A stretch of 63,773 nucleotides of DNA, the filler included, from Octopus bimaculoides (taxonomy: Eukaryota): assembly GCF_001194135.2 (NCBI RefSeq). It is 5 parts of 4 records of this genome, joined end to end, with 100 filler letters (N's around TTAATTAATTAA, not from the genome) between each part and the next. Parts side by side here need not be neighbours in the genome. Positions count along the whole stretch, not along the records: positions 1 to 18,458 come from NC_068983.1; positions 18,559 to 28,021 come from NC_068995.1; 3 more parts are not named here. One strand, given 5' to 3'. Of the stretch, positions 11,912 to 25,134 are shown piece after piece. A program made the translations under genes and the position numbers. How positions within the stretch are numbered: position 1 is the stretch's first letter; each line of letters begins with the position of its first letter. The notes below the pieces were generated by a model. That model saw nothing but the letters and a program-made list of their open reading frames with translations. It did no database searches and was not told the origin of the DNA.

Positions 11912-14900
11912 GTGTGAGTGGGCATGTGACATTTTCAATATTGAATGAAACAGTCAATTCTTATTGTAAGAGTAATTTTTTTCCCTAATAGATATTTCTA
12001 AAATTGAGTTCTGGTTGAAATAGCTAAAGGGAAATTGGATAGAGCGCAGGACACATTTGAATAAAGTTATTGTTCTGCTTCAATTCCGCTCATATGTCAG
12101 TACTGCAGTATGAAATGCTATAAGCTGACCTAGAATTATAACCGTCAATGTGTTGCACATTGGGGAAAAATATAGAATTAAATAAAATGTATAGTAACTA
12201 TTGTTGCTGCAGCTTCCAGTTTGTTCATGATTTTGCTTGACTGAAATCATTCGTTCATTAGTTTTGATGCAAACATATCGGTGATATTTGTATTAAAAAT
12301 GTAGCTGATGTTTGGGGATATTAATGTACGTACTATCGTACATATTCAAACACTCTACCTGTACTATCAGGCACACGAAGTGGCTCAATGCAATTGATCG
12401 ATCTATAAAAAATATCAGTCAAATTTACCATAAAGTATACGCTGTTTTGTTTTTATTTAAATAAGGGAAATATATGTTATGTCCAAATCACGGCCCACAT
12501 GAACGTTATTGGCAGACTTTCAAGCTGAGCGATGCTCGATGGGAGATGTGACGTTAACCAGTAGCGAAGAATATATCTATATTTTTTCGTAAGGCACATG
12601 TATGTATGTTCTTGTACGGCATGGTCTCGTACAGTAGTCACGAAGTTTCTTCATATGTACTCAGACGCGCGCGTGCACAGTCACACACGCGCGCACGCAC
12701 AGCACGTATTAGTGAAATAGATTCATCATCCAAAGTTTTTGGAGTCGATTCTTTGTTTGAGTAATACGTTGTGTCCTCGAGTAAGACACTCTATTTCACG
12801 TCGTTTCAGTCGATGAGGCTGGAACGTAAGTTCTACTTTAAGATTATACCACAACAGAAACAGCAACGACCACAACATCAACAAATCTTTATACAATGAT
12901 TTTTTTATAATTTCAAATAGCAAGTAGTAAAAGAGTTATTTTCTGACAGAATATTAATCAAAGGTGTATCTCCTTGTTGGCAGTTAAAACTGGGAATATT
13001 TTAAGGGGATTGTAATATTTGGCAACAGCCTCAAGTTAGCACATAGCCCCGAACATTTACATATATACAAGCAGTTATTTTGGTACATAAAACGACAGCT
13101 CAATACTCCATCAATAATTTCATGCAGCAATTATATTGCCACTGGCACAGTCTGTTGCACCGGCGCCGAAATTTCAGTTCTCCTTCAATCACTGTTCCGC
13201 ATACACCAGCCTATTTTTTGTGACGAAGTCATTTCTTAATTGATGATGTGACAGAACAAGCAGGCCGTAAGTCTCCTACACGAATAAGATGTTTTCATGT
13301 ACGACTGTACCAAAATCAGTTCGCTATGCAAATTGTAGATTAAGGGAGTGTGTTTAGCAGATTTGTGTGGGACCATAATATTGAGTTTCAATGTTTTAAT
13401 CGAATAGCTGTTCGGATACTCTCAGTTTCACAGCATGCTGATCCTAAACAAAATATGGCAACGGAGTTTGTCTTGCTGTGTATTAGTTCAGCTGGATAAT
13501 ATAAGTCTTATATGTAAGCAGGGAACAAGTTTATACTTCAGAATACATTTGTGTAGATGAGCAGGAAATATAAAATTAGCGATATCTATTTATAGCATGG
13601 TTATTTGTTTCTTTTTTACATTTGTTTGTTGAATTATAAACACTACAAAAGATACAAATTATTGAGTTAGGCGTTTATGGGGAATATGAAATTCTAATTA
13701 GTGTAAATATTTAAATAAAATCCGGAAAGATTTGCAATAAAATAAAGGTATTCGGAAAGGCGAATTATTAACTCTCATTTGTTCTGGTGTACCAGTAGAG
13801 GTTCCGATGTTTTCATAGTGGATGTGGAATTGTGTGTTTGCGTGTTAGCGAATATCTCGCACACGGCTTTCTCCAAAGTAATAATTAATATGTGCTTGCG
13901 ATTAATCATGGAAAACATACGAAATATGCGGTATTTGGTGTGATCAATACGTTTAACTTCCGCTTCTGATACGTCGAATGAATACAACAATGAAGAGAAG
14001 TATGAGGTATAAGAAGACGCTTTCTAATATATTGTGTATTCGTGTATAATGGAGGCTTGGAAACTGTTTAGCCTAACTATTTAAAACGAAGGTAGAGCGT
14101 ATTATCTGCCGATACAAATTTATTTAAGAAAGCACACCAAGAGAGTACTATGAAATCTATATGTGGGATACTAGGAAGGTAATCTACATAAATAATTTGT
14201 GCATTTTATCGTGGTTTCCGTAATATATGTAGTGTCTGTGTTTCGTTATTGTTGTATATATAATGTTGAGTCAAATCTGACATATGTTTTAATATTTTTG
14301 TCATTCATAACTTCTGAAGTCGAATAGGTATAGTGACAACTTGACAGAACATGCAGCTTGGATATCACTTATTGAAACACTTCCAATGCATATTATAACA
14401 GAATACTATTGATTTAACCAGCGTAGAAATTTCGGAAGCTTCTTATATAAGATAAATTGTTAAGTTTGTTCTCAGTAAATTCAGGATGACATTCACTAAA
14501 CAATACAGACACTGTGCTATTCGGCTGGAACAACGGAATTAAATATTTATTTTGTAGAGAACATTTTACTATGGAAATATTAATTTCGCAAATCAAGCGT
14601 AACTGGTTTAATATCCATTACTTTGTGATGGACAGTAGAATAACGTAATGACAACGACACACATTCAAGTTTGTTGCTTTATGTATGTTATTTAACCTTC
14701 TCTCATTCGACTGCTAGCCTCACTTTTCATCTCTGTAAACTGAATCATAGATACAAACGCACATATACATATAAGCAAAAACACACATATACATACATGT
14801 ATATATATATATATATATATNNNNNNNNNNNNNNNNNNNNNNNNNNNNNNNNNNNNNNNNNNNNNNNNNNNNNNNNNNNNNNNNNNNNNNNNNNNNNNNN

Positions 14901-15118
14901 NNNNNNNNNNNNNNNNNNNNNNNNNNNNNNNNNNNNNNNNNNNNNNNNNNNNNNNNNNNNNNNNNNNNNNNNNNNNNNNNNNNNNNNNNNNNNNNNNNNN
15001 NNNNNNNNNNNNNNNNNNNNNNNNNNNNNNNNNNNNNNNNNNNNNNNNNNNNNNNNNNNNNNNNNNNNNNNNNNNNNNNNNNNNNNNNNNNNNNNNNNNN
15101 NNNNNNNNNNNNNNNNNN

Positions 15119-15161
<43 letters not shown>

Positions 15162-15759
15162 GTATGTGTGTATGTGTACGCACACATATATGTATTTACG
15201 TGTGTGAGTGTGAAATATCAGGAGTTTAGTTCACTGGTGATCTAAACGAATAGGTGTGTTGTGTAACTGCTCTAATTGGTCATCGGTCAGGTTTCAGCTA
15301 TAATTAAAATTATATAAACATTATAATTAAATAAATTGGTGGAACCAATATGTAGACAACCGAATTCTAAATAATTCAACCGGTAGCATATACTGTATGG
15401 GTTCTTATCGTTCAAGTGGCTGTTTACAACTTTTTGTATATTTCTGAAATATATTCCATTCGTGTCATTTTAATCTGGGTGGACGTGTTCCTGTACCGAA
15501 GAAACTATGGTCTGGATGATTGTATTGGTACAGAATGGATATTCATATTTCCAGGTGTGCTACATTGTGTTTTACCATGCGTGATAGTGTTTGAATATAT
15601 CGAAATAGAATAGGACAACAGCCATACTTTGCCATATGTATTGTCGATGTGGGCTTAATGTGTCACAGGTGAAAATATATCGATATAATGTTACATTTAT
15701 TCAGTGAGAGATGTTATATTTTCAAGTCGAAATTATGTTAATCTGAGGTATCTAAAATT

Positions 15760-16917
15760 ATTATCATTTAGTCTGACTTAGATCTGATCTTATTTCTGGA
15801 ATGGTTTAAGTTGGTAGCGGGTAAACTTAGGTATCAACAAGTTTTCAACTCTTGTTTTGCCTGTAACCTTGAGTATCAACAAGTTTTCAACTGACTTTCA
15901 AGGGTTTAGAACTGTCCTGATAATAATTGCTCTCCCTAAGAGACAAACCTTCTATAGGAGTCCTACAGGACAATCTATTCCAATTTCTTTCAGCCATTTC
16001 TCTGTATCTTTGCTCCCAACTAACCAATTACAGTCCTCATACTCCAAATTCTTCCAATTTCAAATTCCAAGGGATTGTGTAATTTTTATCGTCCTCTTTC
16101 CTTACTATCCTGAAATCAAACGGGCATGATGGGGCGATTAGTAAACGACATTGCTTGTCTTTATCTATGATTGTTATGTCTAGTCATTTATTTTCTACCG
16201 TCTTGTCCGTTTGAATAGGAATGTCCCTCAAAATCTTAGATTTCTCCGACTACAGCACTCTTCGATTCGATGATTGTACTGTGAGTTTCCAGCTTCAATT
16301 ACACATTTCTGACAAAGATTTCTGTGCAAAACATTTACCACCGGGTTGTACCTCCATTTCTTATATTCTTCCTGTGTCAACGTGGGGCATTTTCCACAAT
16401 ATGTGCCACTGTCTCGTTCCAAATTCCACAGGTTCTACATTCTTCAGATACATTCTCTCCATATACATTTTTCTCAAGTTGTTTGTTTTTATTGCTTGAC
16501 CTTGGGCTGCTACAATTTGGGGCTCTATTTCTTTTTTTAATTGCTTCTTTTTTAACCAGGCCTAGGATTTTATTCCACGTACGTCTTCAGTGACTCTCCA
16601 AAATTGAGCATGCAGATGTTTCTCTTTAATCTCTCTGATGTGCTCTCTTTGTATTTCATTCTTGTCTTTTTCTCCTATTAAGCATTTGATCACCTGTTCT
16701 TTATGTACTGTTTAGTAGTTTTTCTGCTCGGTAAATACTCTACTAGACTTTTTCTTCCTATCTGTACACATGCTTCTACTGCTATTAAGCATCTTCCACT
16801 CCAGTCTTTCCTCAAGTACAGCCGCTTGATATCAGTTTTCAGATGGTGGGCTCCATATATTGTTAAAAACTTTCTAGATTTTCTCACAAGTTTCCATATA
16901 TAGTTTTGGGTCCAGTC

Positions 16918-16918
<1 letters not shown>
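15760..16918 (-). mobile_element. 5'-truncated degenerate R4/Dong-clade LINE (thumb, CCHC knuckle, RLE end)
   Basis: Minus-strand fragments RKFLTIYGAHHLKTDIKRLYL, CPTLTQEEYKKWRYNPVVNVLHRNLCQK and EKWLKEIGIDCPVGLL*KVCLLGRAIIIRTVL resemble the R4-clade ORF C-terminus. The 5' end stops at (TAA)n. Confidence 0.75.
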
Positions 16919-16971
<53 letters not shown>

Positions 16972-16972
<1 letters not shown>

Positions 16973-17033
16973 TTATGCTTGACTTTCGCTTTGCATTTGT
17001 ACAAGTTGACTCCAAGTCTCACCCAGAGACCTC
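16972..17033 (-). mobile_element. 62-bp 3' stub of R4/Dong-like LINE
   Basis: Matches the terminal 60 bp of the copies at 17204, 18190 and 4615. Flanked by (ATT)n and (TCT)n. Confidence 0.7.
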
Positions 17034-17203
<170 letters not shown>

Positions 17204-18167
17204 TTATGATTGACTTTTATTTTGCATTTGTACAAATTGGCACCAAGTCTCACCCAGAAACTTCAAGAGACAACAAGTTTGAAGTCCATGTTCATTTTAT
17301 GCATAAGGTGCCATATATTTGGGTTTGTACATAGTGTTGTTCTAGAGAATGTTGAAGAACCCATTAGAAGATTATGTGTTTGTTTTAAAATTTGAGATTA
17401 CATAGACAGTATTTTACGTAGGATATGGGCAGTTCCCATGTGCACTATCTTTTGAATTTCTGCCATGTTGTGGTTTCCTGGTATCTGAGCTAAGTAACAA
17501 TCAGCCCCATCTGCTATCATTCCTAGGGTACCTATGACAACAGGTATTGTGTGAGTCTTCAGGTTCCACACTTTGCTAATTTCTATTGCAAGATCTTTAT
17601 ACTTGCTCAGTTTTTGGTAGGTCCTGACAGATAGGTTTATATCGATTGGGACAGTCATATCAATGAGGAGGCATGATTTTTGTATGACGTCTTTCACTAT
17701 GATGTCTAGCCTATTTGCATCTATCTTTCTGTCAGTTTGAATGGTGAAGTCCCAGACGAGTGAGATGTGATCATTTTCAAGCACTGGGGGTGGTTTGTGT
17801 TACCACCAGTTCTTATCATGGGGCAAGTCCAGATTTTTGCATATTACCCAGTAAATATATTGTGCAGCTCTATCATGCCTGTTGAGATACTCCGTAGGCG
17901 CAAGACAACTGCAAATGGAGACAACCTAGTCAATGGTCTCATTTTGTTGTTGACATATACGACATAATGGGGAGCTGCCGTCTTTTGATATGTTGACTCA
18001 GTAGTTCCTTGCATATAGGCATTGATCTTGGGCTGCTATGATAAACCCCTCTGTTTCTGATTTTAAGCCAGAAGCCATTAGCCATTGATGGGTAAGTGCT
18101 TTGTCAGCATCGGCATTATTCGATCTCTTTGCGTATTTGCCATCGAGAGGTTTTTCTTGCCATTGAA
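17204..18167 (-). mobile_element. 5'-truncated R4/Dong-like LINE with restriction-like endonuclease domain
   Basis: ORF 17398-17784 (VWDFTIQTDRKIDANRLDIIV..LIDMTVPID..KLSKYKDLAIEI..PVVIGTLG) is a PD-(D/E)xK RLE. Upstream WQEKPLDGKY..GLKSETEGFIIAAQDQ is a typical R4 region. Both ends lie in TAA arrays. Confidence 0.85.
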
Positions 18168-18189
18168 TTATTATTATTATTATTATTAT

Positions 18190-18458
18190 TTTATGTTTGA
18201 CTTTTGTTTTGCATTTGTACAAGTTGGATCCAAGTCTCACCCAGAGACCTCAAGAGACAACAAGTTAGAAGTTCATGTAGGTGTTATGCTTAGGGTACCA
18301 TATATTTGGATTTGTACAGTTTTGTTCAAGTGAATGTTTAAGAAACCATAAGAAAATTGTGTTTGCTTTAAAATTTGAGATCACATAGACAGTATTTTAT
18401 GTAGGATATGGGCAGTTCCCATGAGCACTATCTTTTGAACTTCAGCCATTTTGGGGTT
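18190..18458 (-). mobile_element. Another R4/Dong-like 3' end, running into the assembly gap
   Basis: Same 3' UTR and end of RLE ORF (..MGTAHILHKILSM) as 17204-17470. Confidence 0.8.
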
Positions 18459-18558
18459 NNNNNNNNNNNNNNNNNNNNNNNNNNNNNNNNNNNNNNNNNN
18501 NNTTAATTAATTAANNNNNNNNNNNNNNNNNNNNNNNNNNNNNNNNNNNNNNNNNNNN
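18459..18558. other. Artificial scaffold linker (44 N + TTAATTAATTAA + 44 N)
   Basis: Exactly 100 bp with a six-frame-stop linker at 18503-18514. Same design four times in the window. Confidence 0.9.
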
Positions 18559-18656
18559 ATATATATGTATGTGTGTGTGTGTGTGCGTGCGTGCGTGCTA
18601 ATATACGTATTGAGTTGACATTTACATACCCATGCAGACGCATAAATATATGCATA

Positions 18657-18703
<47 letters not shown>

Positions 18704-18824
18704 TCGTATATAGATATGTATGCATGTATATGCCTATGCTTTTTATCTTATAATATAAACAATCTAACATTAAACAGAAGGCTTACTCAATACTTTTGGT
18801 AGAGTACAAATTTGATATTCTTTA

Positions 18825-18953
18825 AGAATAATATTGACAGCGACTTCGAAGTTTCGACTAGCTACAGCCATCATCGAACGGTGGTACATCTTGCCTTTAT
18901 ATGACCTCTGCTAAAGCTGGCCGAAACTTCGAAGTCACTGTCAATATTATTCT
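18825..18953. repeat. 39-bp inverted repeat (arms 18825-18863 and 18915-18953), probable inverted Penelope-type pLTR ends
   Basis: 36/39 matching arms. Each arm contains CGAAACTTCGAAGTC, resembling a hammerhead 3' half with a palindromic stem III. Confidence 0.6.
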
Positions 18954-19013
18954 GGTTTAAGAGTTATAAATTCCCATTCGTGTGTGTATATATACATATA
19001 TACGACGGGCTTC

Positions 19014-19071
<58 letters not shown>

Positions 19072-19259
19072 GTAACTTAGCGGCTCGGCAAAAGACACTG
19101 ATAGAATAAGTACCAGGCTTAAAAAAATAAGTATTGTGGTCGATTCATTCGACTAAACACTCTTCAAAGCGGAGCTCCAGCATGGTCGCACTAAATAAAA
19201 AAAGATAAAAGATAAAATAAGAATAATTCTGGACAGCGATGTAAAGTCCATTTAGTGAG

Positions 19260-19560
19260 TCAACTTCTGGTATGCAATTTAAAGGAAATATGCATTGTTT
19301 TATGTCGTGGGAAGTATTCTGTTTCGGAAGGTGATATCTCTGTACGACTTGTGATGACGTGTAATCCACTGCTTTGAGTATTTCGTAATTTATTGCATCT
19401 TGTCGAGCGAATAGGGTTGCAGAAGGTATTGGAGCAGTCCACGATGGACCTAATGTGATAAATAATAGGTGGTCCGAGGAAAATTGGGTGTGTTATTTTG
19501 CCGAGTGACTGTGATAGCCATGTGTGTGAAGCTGAAAACGATGTTTGGTGACCTATGTGT
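19260..19560 (-). mobile_element. Possible degenerate Penelope-like RT-to-GIY-YIG linker fragment
   Basis: Minus frame PIFLGPPIIYHIRSIVD..FCNPIRSTRCNK loosely resembles the PLE linker (F..PP.I.Y.R / C...RC). Weak similarity. Confidence 0.35.
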
Positions 19561-19739
19561 ATGTGTTACTTCTAGTGTTATCTGTATTATTTGAAAACCA
19601 GGATGTGTTGAAGAAAGCATTGAAGCAGCTTGTAATGCTGTTGTGAGACGGTTAGTATATTTGTTCTATTAATAATGTATTTCGTATGTATGTGTGTGTG
19701 TATGTGTGTGCATGTTTGTGTGTATGTATGTATGCATGC

Positions 19740-19777
<38 letters not shown>

Positions 19778-20533
19778 NNNNNNNNNNNNNNNNNNNNNNN
19801 NNNNNNNNNNNNNNNNNNNNNNNNNNNNNNNNNNNNNNNNNNNNNNNNNNNNNNNNNNNNNNNNNNNNNNNNNNNNNNNNNNNNNNNNNNNNNNNNNNNN
19901 NNNNNNNNNNNNNNNNNNNNNNNNNNNNNNNNNNNNNNNNNNNNNNNNNNNNNNNNNNNNNNNNNNNNNNNNNNNNNNNNNNNNNNNNNNNNNNNNNNNN
20001 NNNNNNNNNNNNNNNNNNNNNNNNNNNNNNNNNNNNNNNNNNNNNNNNNNNNNNNNNNNNNNNNNNNNNNNNNNNNNNNNNNNNNNNNNNNNNNNNNNNN
20101 NNNNNNNNNNNNNNNNNNNNNNNNNNNNNNNNNNNNNNNNNNNNNNNNNNNNNNNNNNNNNNNNNNNNNNNNNNNNNNNNNNNNNNNNNNNNNNNNNNNN
20201 NNNNNNNNNNNNNNNNNNNNNNNNNNNNNNNNNNNNNNNNNNNNNNNNNNNNNNNNNNNNNNNNNNNNNNNNNNNNNNNNNNNNNNNNNNNNNNNNNNNN
20301 NNNNNNNNNNNNNNNNNNNNNNNNNNNNNNNNNNNNNNNNNNNNNNNNNNNNNNNNNNNNNNNNNNNNNNNNNNNNNNNNNNNNNNNNNNNNNNNNNNNN
20401 NNNNNNNNNNNNNNNNNNNNNNNNNNNNNNNNNNNNNNNNNNNNNNNNNNNNNNNNNNNNNNNNNNNNNNNNNNNNNNNNNNNNNNNNNNNNNNNNNNNN
20501 NNNNNNNNNNNNNNNNNNNNNNNNNNNNNNNNN

Positions 20534-20581
<48 letters not shown>

Positions 20582-21321
20582 TATGTGTATGTATGTATGA
20601 ATAAATATATACATATATATATAAATACCGATATAGTGTTGACAGTGATGGTTGGGATGATGATGTATACATACATATATGCATACGTACGTACATACAC
20701 ACACATACATACTCATACACACGATGGGGGTGTTAGTAATGAGGATATAGGTAAAGTTTGTGAGGAAGCGTATATAAAAATGGTGGTGATGGTAGCGGTG
20801 GTACTAATGGTAGCTTTGACATTGTTTATGGAGATGATGTTAGATGTGGGGAAGGTGGTGGATGGGTGTTGTGGGTTGGCTTTTAGTGGTTAGAATTTTG
20901 ATTATAAATTAATATTATGGTCAAGTGATATTTCTGCTTGATTCGTCTGACATTGTTACCAATGCAGTATATAACGCCAGTTGTAATTCTACCCGTCGCT
21001 CGACATTACATACCCGGTACGCTGGGGTGTGTTATTCAAATTACAACAAGTGCAGCGAGTGCATTAATTTGCAGTTATCTGCATTCAGTGAATTAGCAGA
21101 GGTTTATAACAAATATTCCTTTAAGTGAGATTTAATTTTTGTTTTTGTTTCGGAAAAATGACACGTTACGTTGCATGAGCTTAACATTCTTACATATATA
21201 TATATATATATACATGAACATACTTGTATAAATATATATATATGCATACCTACGTGCATACATACATACACACTCGTATAAATATAAATACATGTAAGTG
21301 CGTGCATACACATACATATAT

Positions 21322-21379
<58 letters not shown>

Positions 21380-21549
21380 GTATGTATGTATTCATAGATA
21401 TTTATACATGAAATGCTATATATACGCATACATCTATCTGTGTATGTATATTTGATATTAATCTCTCTCTCTCACTCTGTATATGTGGGTATGTATGTAT
21501 GTGTATATATATATATATGTATGTATAATACACACACACACACGCACAC

Positions 21550-21589
<40 letters not shown>

Positions 21590-21899
21590 ATAAATGTATA
21601 TTTGTGTGCTTGTGTATAGAATATAATATCATAATCTATATAATATAGTAATGATATATACTGACACATATTCAAATATATTTACATATGTATACAATGT
21701 ATAAGATATATATATATATACATGTATACACACGCATGCACGCACACACACACATACGCACGCATATATGTACATATGATATACGTGTGCATGTGCATCT
21801 ATATAACAAAACTGATTTAAGTAGCCTCGGATGGTTATTTAAATCACTTGGGTAATATCGTTCTTAAGTCTTAAACTAAAACCGTGAAAACAAATCATA

Positions 21900-21901
21900 T
21901 A

Positions 21902-21957
<56 letters not shown>

Positions 21958-22140
21958 TTAAAATCTGCTTTCCATGCTGGCATAGATTGGTCGGTTTGAC
22001 AAGGCCGGGAGCCACACCAAGCTTCATTGTCCGTTCTGGCGGGATTTCTATGATTTGATGCCAACCATTTTGCAGAGTGTGCTGGGTGCTTCTTATGTGC
22101 CACTTAAGAATCAGTGATTCTTAAGTGGCACCGACACTCG
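21900..22140 (-). mobile_element. SINE/RTE-type 3' tail element ending in (GAT)n
   Basis: Related to the copies at 55195-55405 and 59340-59575 (CCATGCYAGCATGGAAAGC..TTAAA.GATGATGAT). Confidence 0.65.
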
Positions 22141-22299
22141 TGCTTTATGTGTGACATAGTCACGTACACACGCGCGCGCGCGCGCATACATACGTATAAA
22201 TATACATACACGCAAGTGTACATACACACATACTTACACGTGTGTTGTTTATGTGTATGTGTGTATATATATGCGCGCGCACTTGTGCGTTTCTATGAG

Positions 22300-22830
22300 T
22301 GTTAAAATTTTTGCAAAGGCGTTAATAAAGAGCTTGGTGGTTGTAGTTCATGGTCTCATTGGTGATGCGAAAACATCCGCCGTTCTAAGCAGATCTATCC
22401 ACGACAGATTCCACCTCAAGCGATATCTCATAGAGAGGATGGGTAATGAATCTCGCATGGACAGGGCCCTGATTAGTTATGATCAATCAAGACGCTTCGA
22501 TCGTCTCAGCCACTAATACTTGGTGGCTGATGTTCTCGCGGCAGCCTTTTTCAGTCCTGTCTTCCAAAGTAAGCAACATCTGCTCGGTAGTTAAGCTGGA
22601 AGGTAACCTACCAGGACCATTGAGGATCATGCACTCGGTCTGTCAAGGTTATCCTCTCTCGTCTCTTCTGCCTCTTCTGCGGTAACTGGAGACGTTGTGG
22701 GGAATCCCGCACGAACTAGGACGTGGGAGAATCGTGTTGGCATACGTGGACGACATCACCGTCATAGTAGCGGACACTGGACACAGCTCGGATTAACACT
22801 GCTGTAATGGAATACAAGGCAGTGACATGA
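22300..22830 (+). mobile_element. Tx1/L1-clade LINE reverse transcriptase fragment (pseudogenised)
   Basis: KIFAKALIK..SRSIHDRFHL.RYLIE..ALISYDQSRRFDRLSH and SVCQGYPLSSLL resemble RT motifs (LDQSKAFDRV, SVRQGCPLSPLL). Homologous to 42470-43270. Confidence 0.8.
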
Positions 22831-23039
22831 GTAAAAATGGGCCGTTTATCAGATTTACGTTCTGCAGTTAATCTCTTTGACTGGGTCAAGCGTGGACCGA
22901 GGCAGGAAGCCTAGCAACGGGAGTGCTGCCAGGCGCTCAAAGCCCTCTGCTAGTTGGGCAATTTAGTCATTGGAAGTTCCACTTTGGTGTCCTATACTGT
23001 TATATCTTACATACTCAATTTGTTGCTGGAGATGTCATT

Positions 23040-23920
23040 AAAATTACCAGCTGTTTACCTCCCGTGAACTAAGGTGGTACGTTCTTTTCAAGTCTCGATA
23101 ATGTTGCAGAGACTCCTTGCTTTGCCAAATAAGGCTGTTTTCTAGATATTTTCATTTTTATTCCAATGTTTTCCAACCAGTTTAAAAAAATTTCTTTGCA
23201 CATTGTACCCTGAGCATCAACAATTATTAGCTCAAAATACACCTTTTTCATTGACCACAGCTTTTTGATTTCTCTCTTCAGAACTTCATACTTCGGTTAT
23301 TTCTTCCTTTAGTTTTTGTCCTTATGCAGTCCCCAAGGCAAGCTATGTCTATAACGAGGCACGGTTTTCTCCCTTGTCTTTCAGTAGACTATCCAGTTTC
23401 CAATGTTTGTTCCTATAACATTGTCATTTTTCTGCCACAAACTTCGGTTCATATTTATACCATTTTCTCGTCTTTTCCGATCCAAACTAGTTACATACTT
23501 TCCACTGAACTATTCTGGCGACATTGTCGTGGATTCTCTTGTATTCTCTCTTCACCAATTTACTGCTTTTTCTCTTAAAGTTTTATCCACTGTCTCTCTA
23601 GTTTCACCAAGAATTTTGCATTTATCAGATTCTACGGAATTTACAGACCTTTGTAACTTGAGGTAGTTTATTCTGAACACGTGTTCCTGCACTGGACATA
23701 TCAGGGCCTCTGTTTCTGGTTTCACCTCGCTTTTTCTTTTTTCGTAACCACCTCCATCTTTTATCTAGATGTGAATTTCCTTAGAATCTCTCTCAAGAAC
23801 TGATAGTGCTTCTTATTCTTCCACTTGTTTGTTTCTATCTTTATTTTGTAATTCATCTTATCTTAATTGCTTCTCTGCATGTAATAAATAAACCATCTTT
23901 CTTCACTTGCACAAGTAGTG
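23040..23920 (-). mobile_element. Degenerate R4/Dong-like LINE C-terminal fragment
   Basis: Minus fragments KPETEALIC, REYKRIHDNVARIVQWKVC, KWYKYEP and IIVDAQGT..NWLENIGI. Confidence 0.75.
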
Positions 23921-24002
23921 CTTCCTCTCTCTTTCTGTGATATCTGATGTCTCTAACATGCTTATTTGCAATAATTTTTTCTTCTTCTCCCTTTGCACAC
24001 AG

Positions 24003-24176
24003 GTTTTGCCACAAACTGCTGCTGCTGATTACTGGTCAGACTGGTCAGAATGGAGTCTTTGTTCCCGGACCTGTGGTGGAGGATCTTCTTACCGACTCAG
24101 GAAATGTATCCAAAGTTTCTTACCACAACACACGTGCAAAGGAGACTCCATACAGTACACCACCTGCAACAACGAG
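24003..24176 (+). CDS. ADAMTSL1/3: ADAMTS-like (punctin/MADD-4 type) exon: first thrombospondin type 1 repeat
   Basis: VLPQTAAADYWSDWSEWSLCSRTCGGGSSYRLRKCIQSFLPQHTCKGDSIQYTTCNNE has the WxxWxxW-CSxTCGGG TSP1 motif. Polypyrimidine tract and CAG acceptor at 24000-24002. Phase 0 GC donor at 24177. Confidence 0.9.
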
Positions 24177-24229
24177 GCAAGTGTTACAATAAATAATATA
24201 AGTACCTCATTTATAGTACCTCATTCTGT

Positions 24230-24278
24230 CATTTATCATCATCATCAGCATCAGCATCTTCATCATCATCACCATCAC

Positions 24279-24318
<40 letters not shown>

Positions 24319-24513
24319 GCTATCGTCATCATCATCATCGCTATCGTTGTCGTCGTCGTCGTCATCATCATCATCATCGTCGTCGTCGTCGTCGTCATCA
24401 TCACGACCATCATCAGCATCATCATCATAATCATCACCATCATCATCATGACTGCCAGTAAGTGGAACTTTGATAGAAAGAACAAGAACAAGAACAACAA
24501 CAACAACAACAGC

Positions 24514-24588
<75 letters not shown>

Positions 24589-24825
24589 GCAACAGTAAGG
24601 ATAACAACAACACCCACAACATTAATAAAAATAACATCAACGACAACAATAAAAAATCACCAAAGAACATTAAAAAACTAGGCAAGACAAGAACAGCAAC
24701 CACAACATTAGCATCAACAACAAAAACGATAATAACAGGAGCATGTAAAATCACCAACGACAACAACTACAATACCAACAACCATATCATCACCGTCGTC
24801 GTCGTCGTCGTCGTCGTCATCATTT
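24230..24825. repeat. Compound trinucleotide microsatellite field (CAT, CGT, AAC, AAT)
   Basis: Directly visible. Produces the spurious poly-H/N/L ORFs. Confidence 0.95.
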
Positions 24826-25134
24826 TAACGTCCACTTTTCGATGTTTGCATGAGTCAGACGGATTTTGTCGAGCCAGATTTTCAACAGCCGGACGTCTTT
24901 CCTGTTGCCAACTCTAGCTTCTTTCCAAATAAGGAAATAGTTCTCCCACCCATGGGCAGGTCATGTTTACCGGGAATATTGGAAATGAACAACACCGTTT
25001 GCACGGTGACGCTCATTTACGTCTATCACGCGATGTCAAGACAAGCGCACATACACGGCACATACACACACAGCAACACACACACACACACAGCACATAT
25101 ACACACAGCACATACATACTCAGCACATACATAC

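Noticed and set aside
12726-12923. ORF with signal-like segment and RLKRR furin-like site
   Set aside because: It overlaps the antisense of a decayed SINE core (GTGTCCTCGAGTAAGACACT), so it is likely spurious.
18503-18514. TTAATTAATTAA islands as a biological motif
   Set aside because: They are always centred in exactly 88 N, so they are assembly linkers.
19587-20722. Long ORFs spanning N runs or microsatellites (also 4818-5361, 14671-15207, 16975-17334, 24207-24766, 34058-35031, 38166-38849, 43982-44947)
   Set aside because: They are open only because of N gaps or simple repeats (YI, VC, HT, poly-I/N/H).
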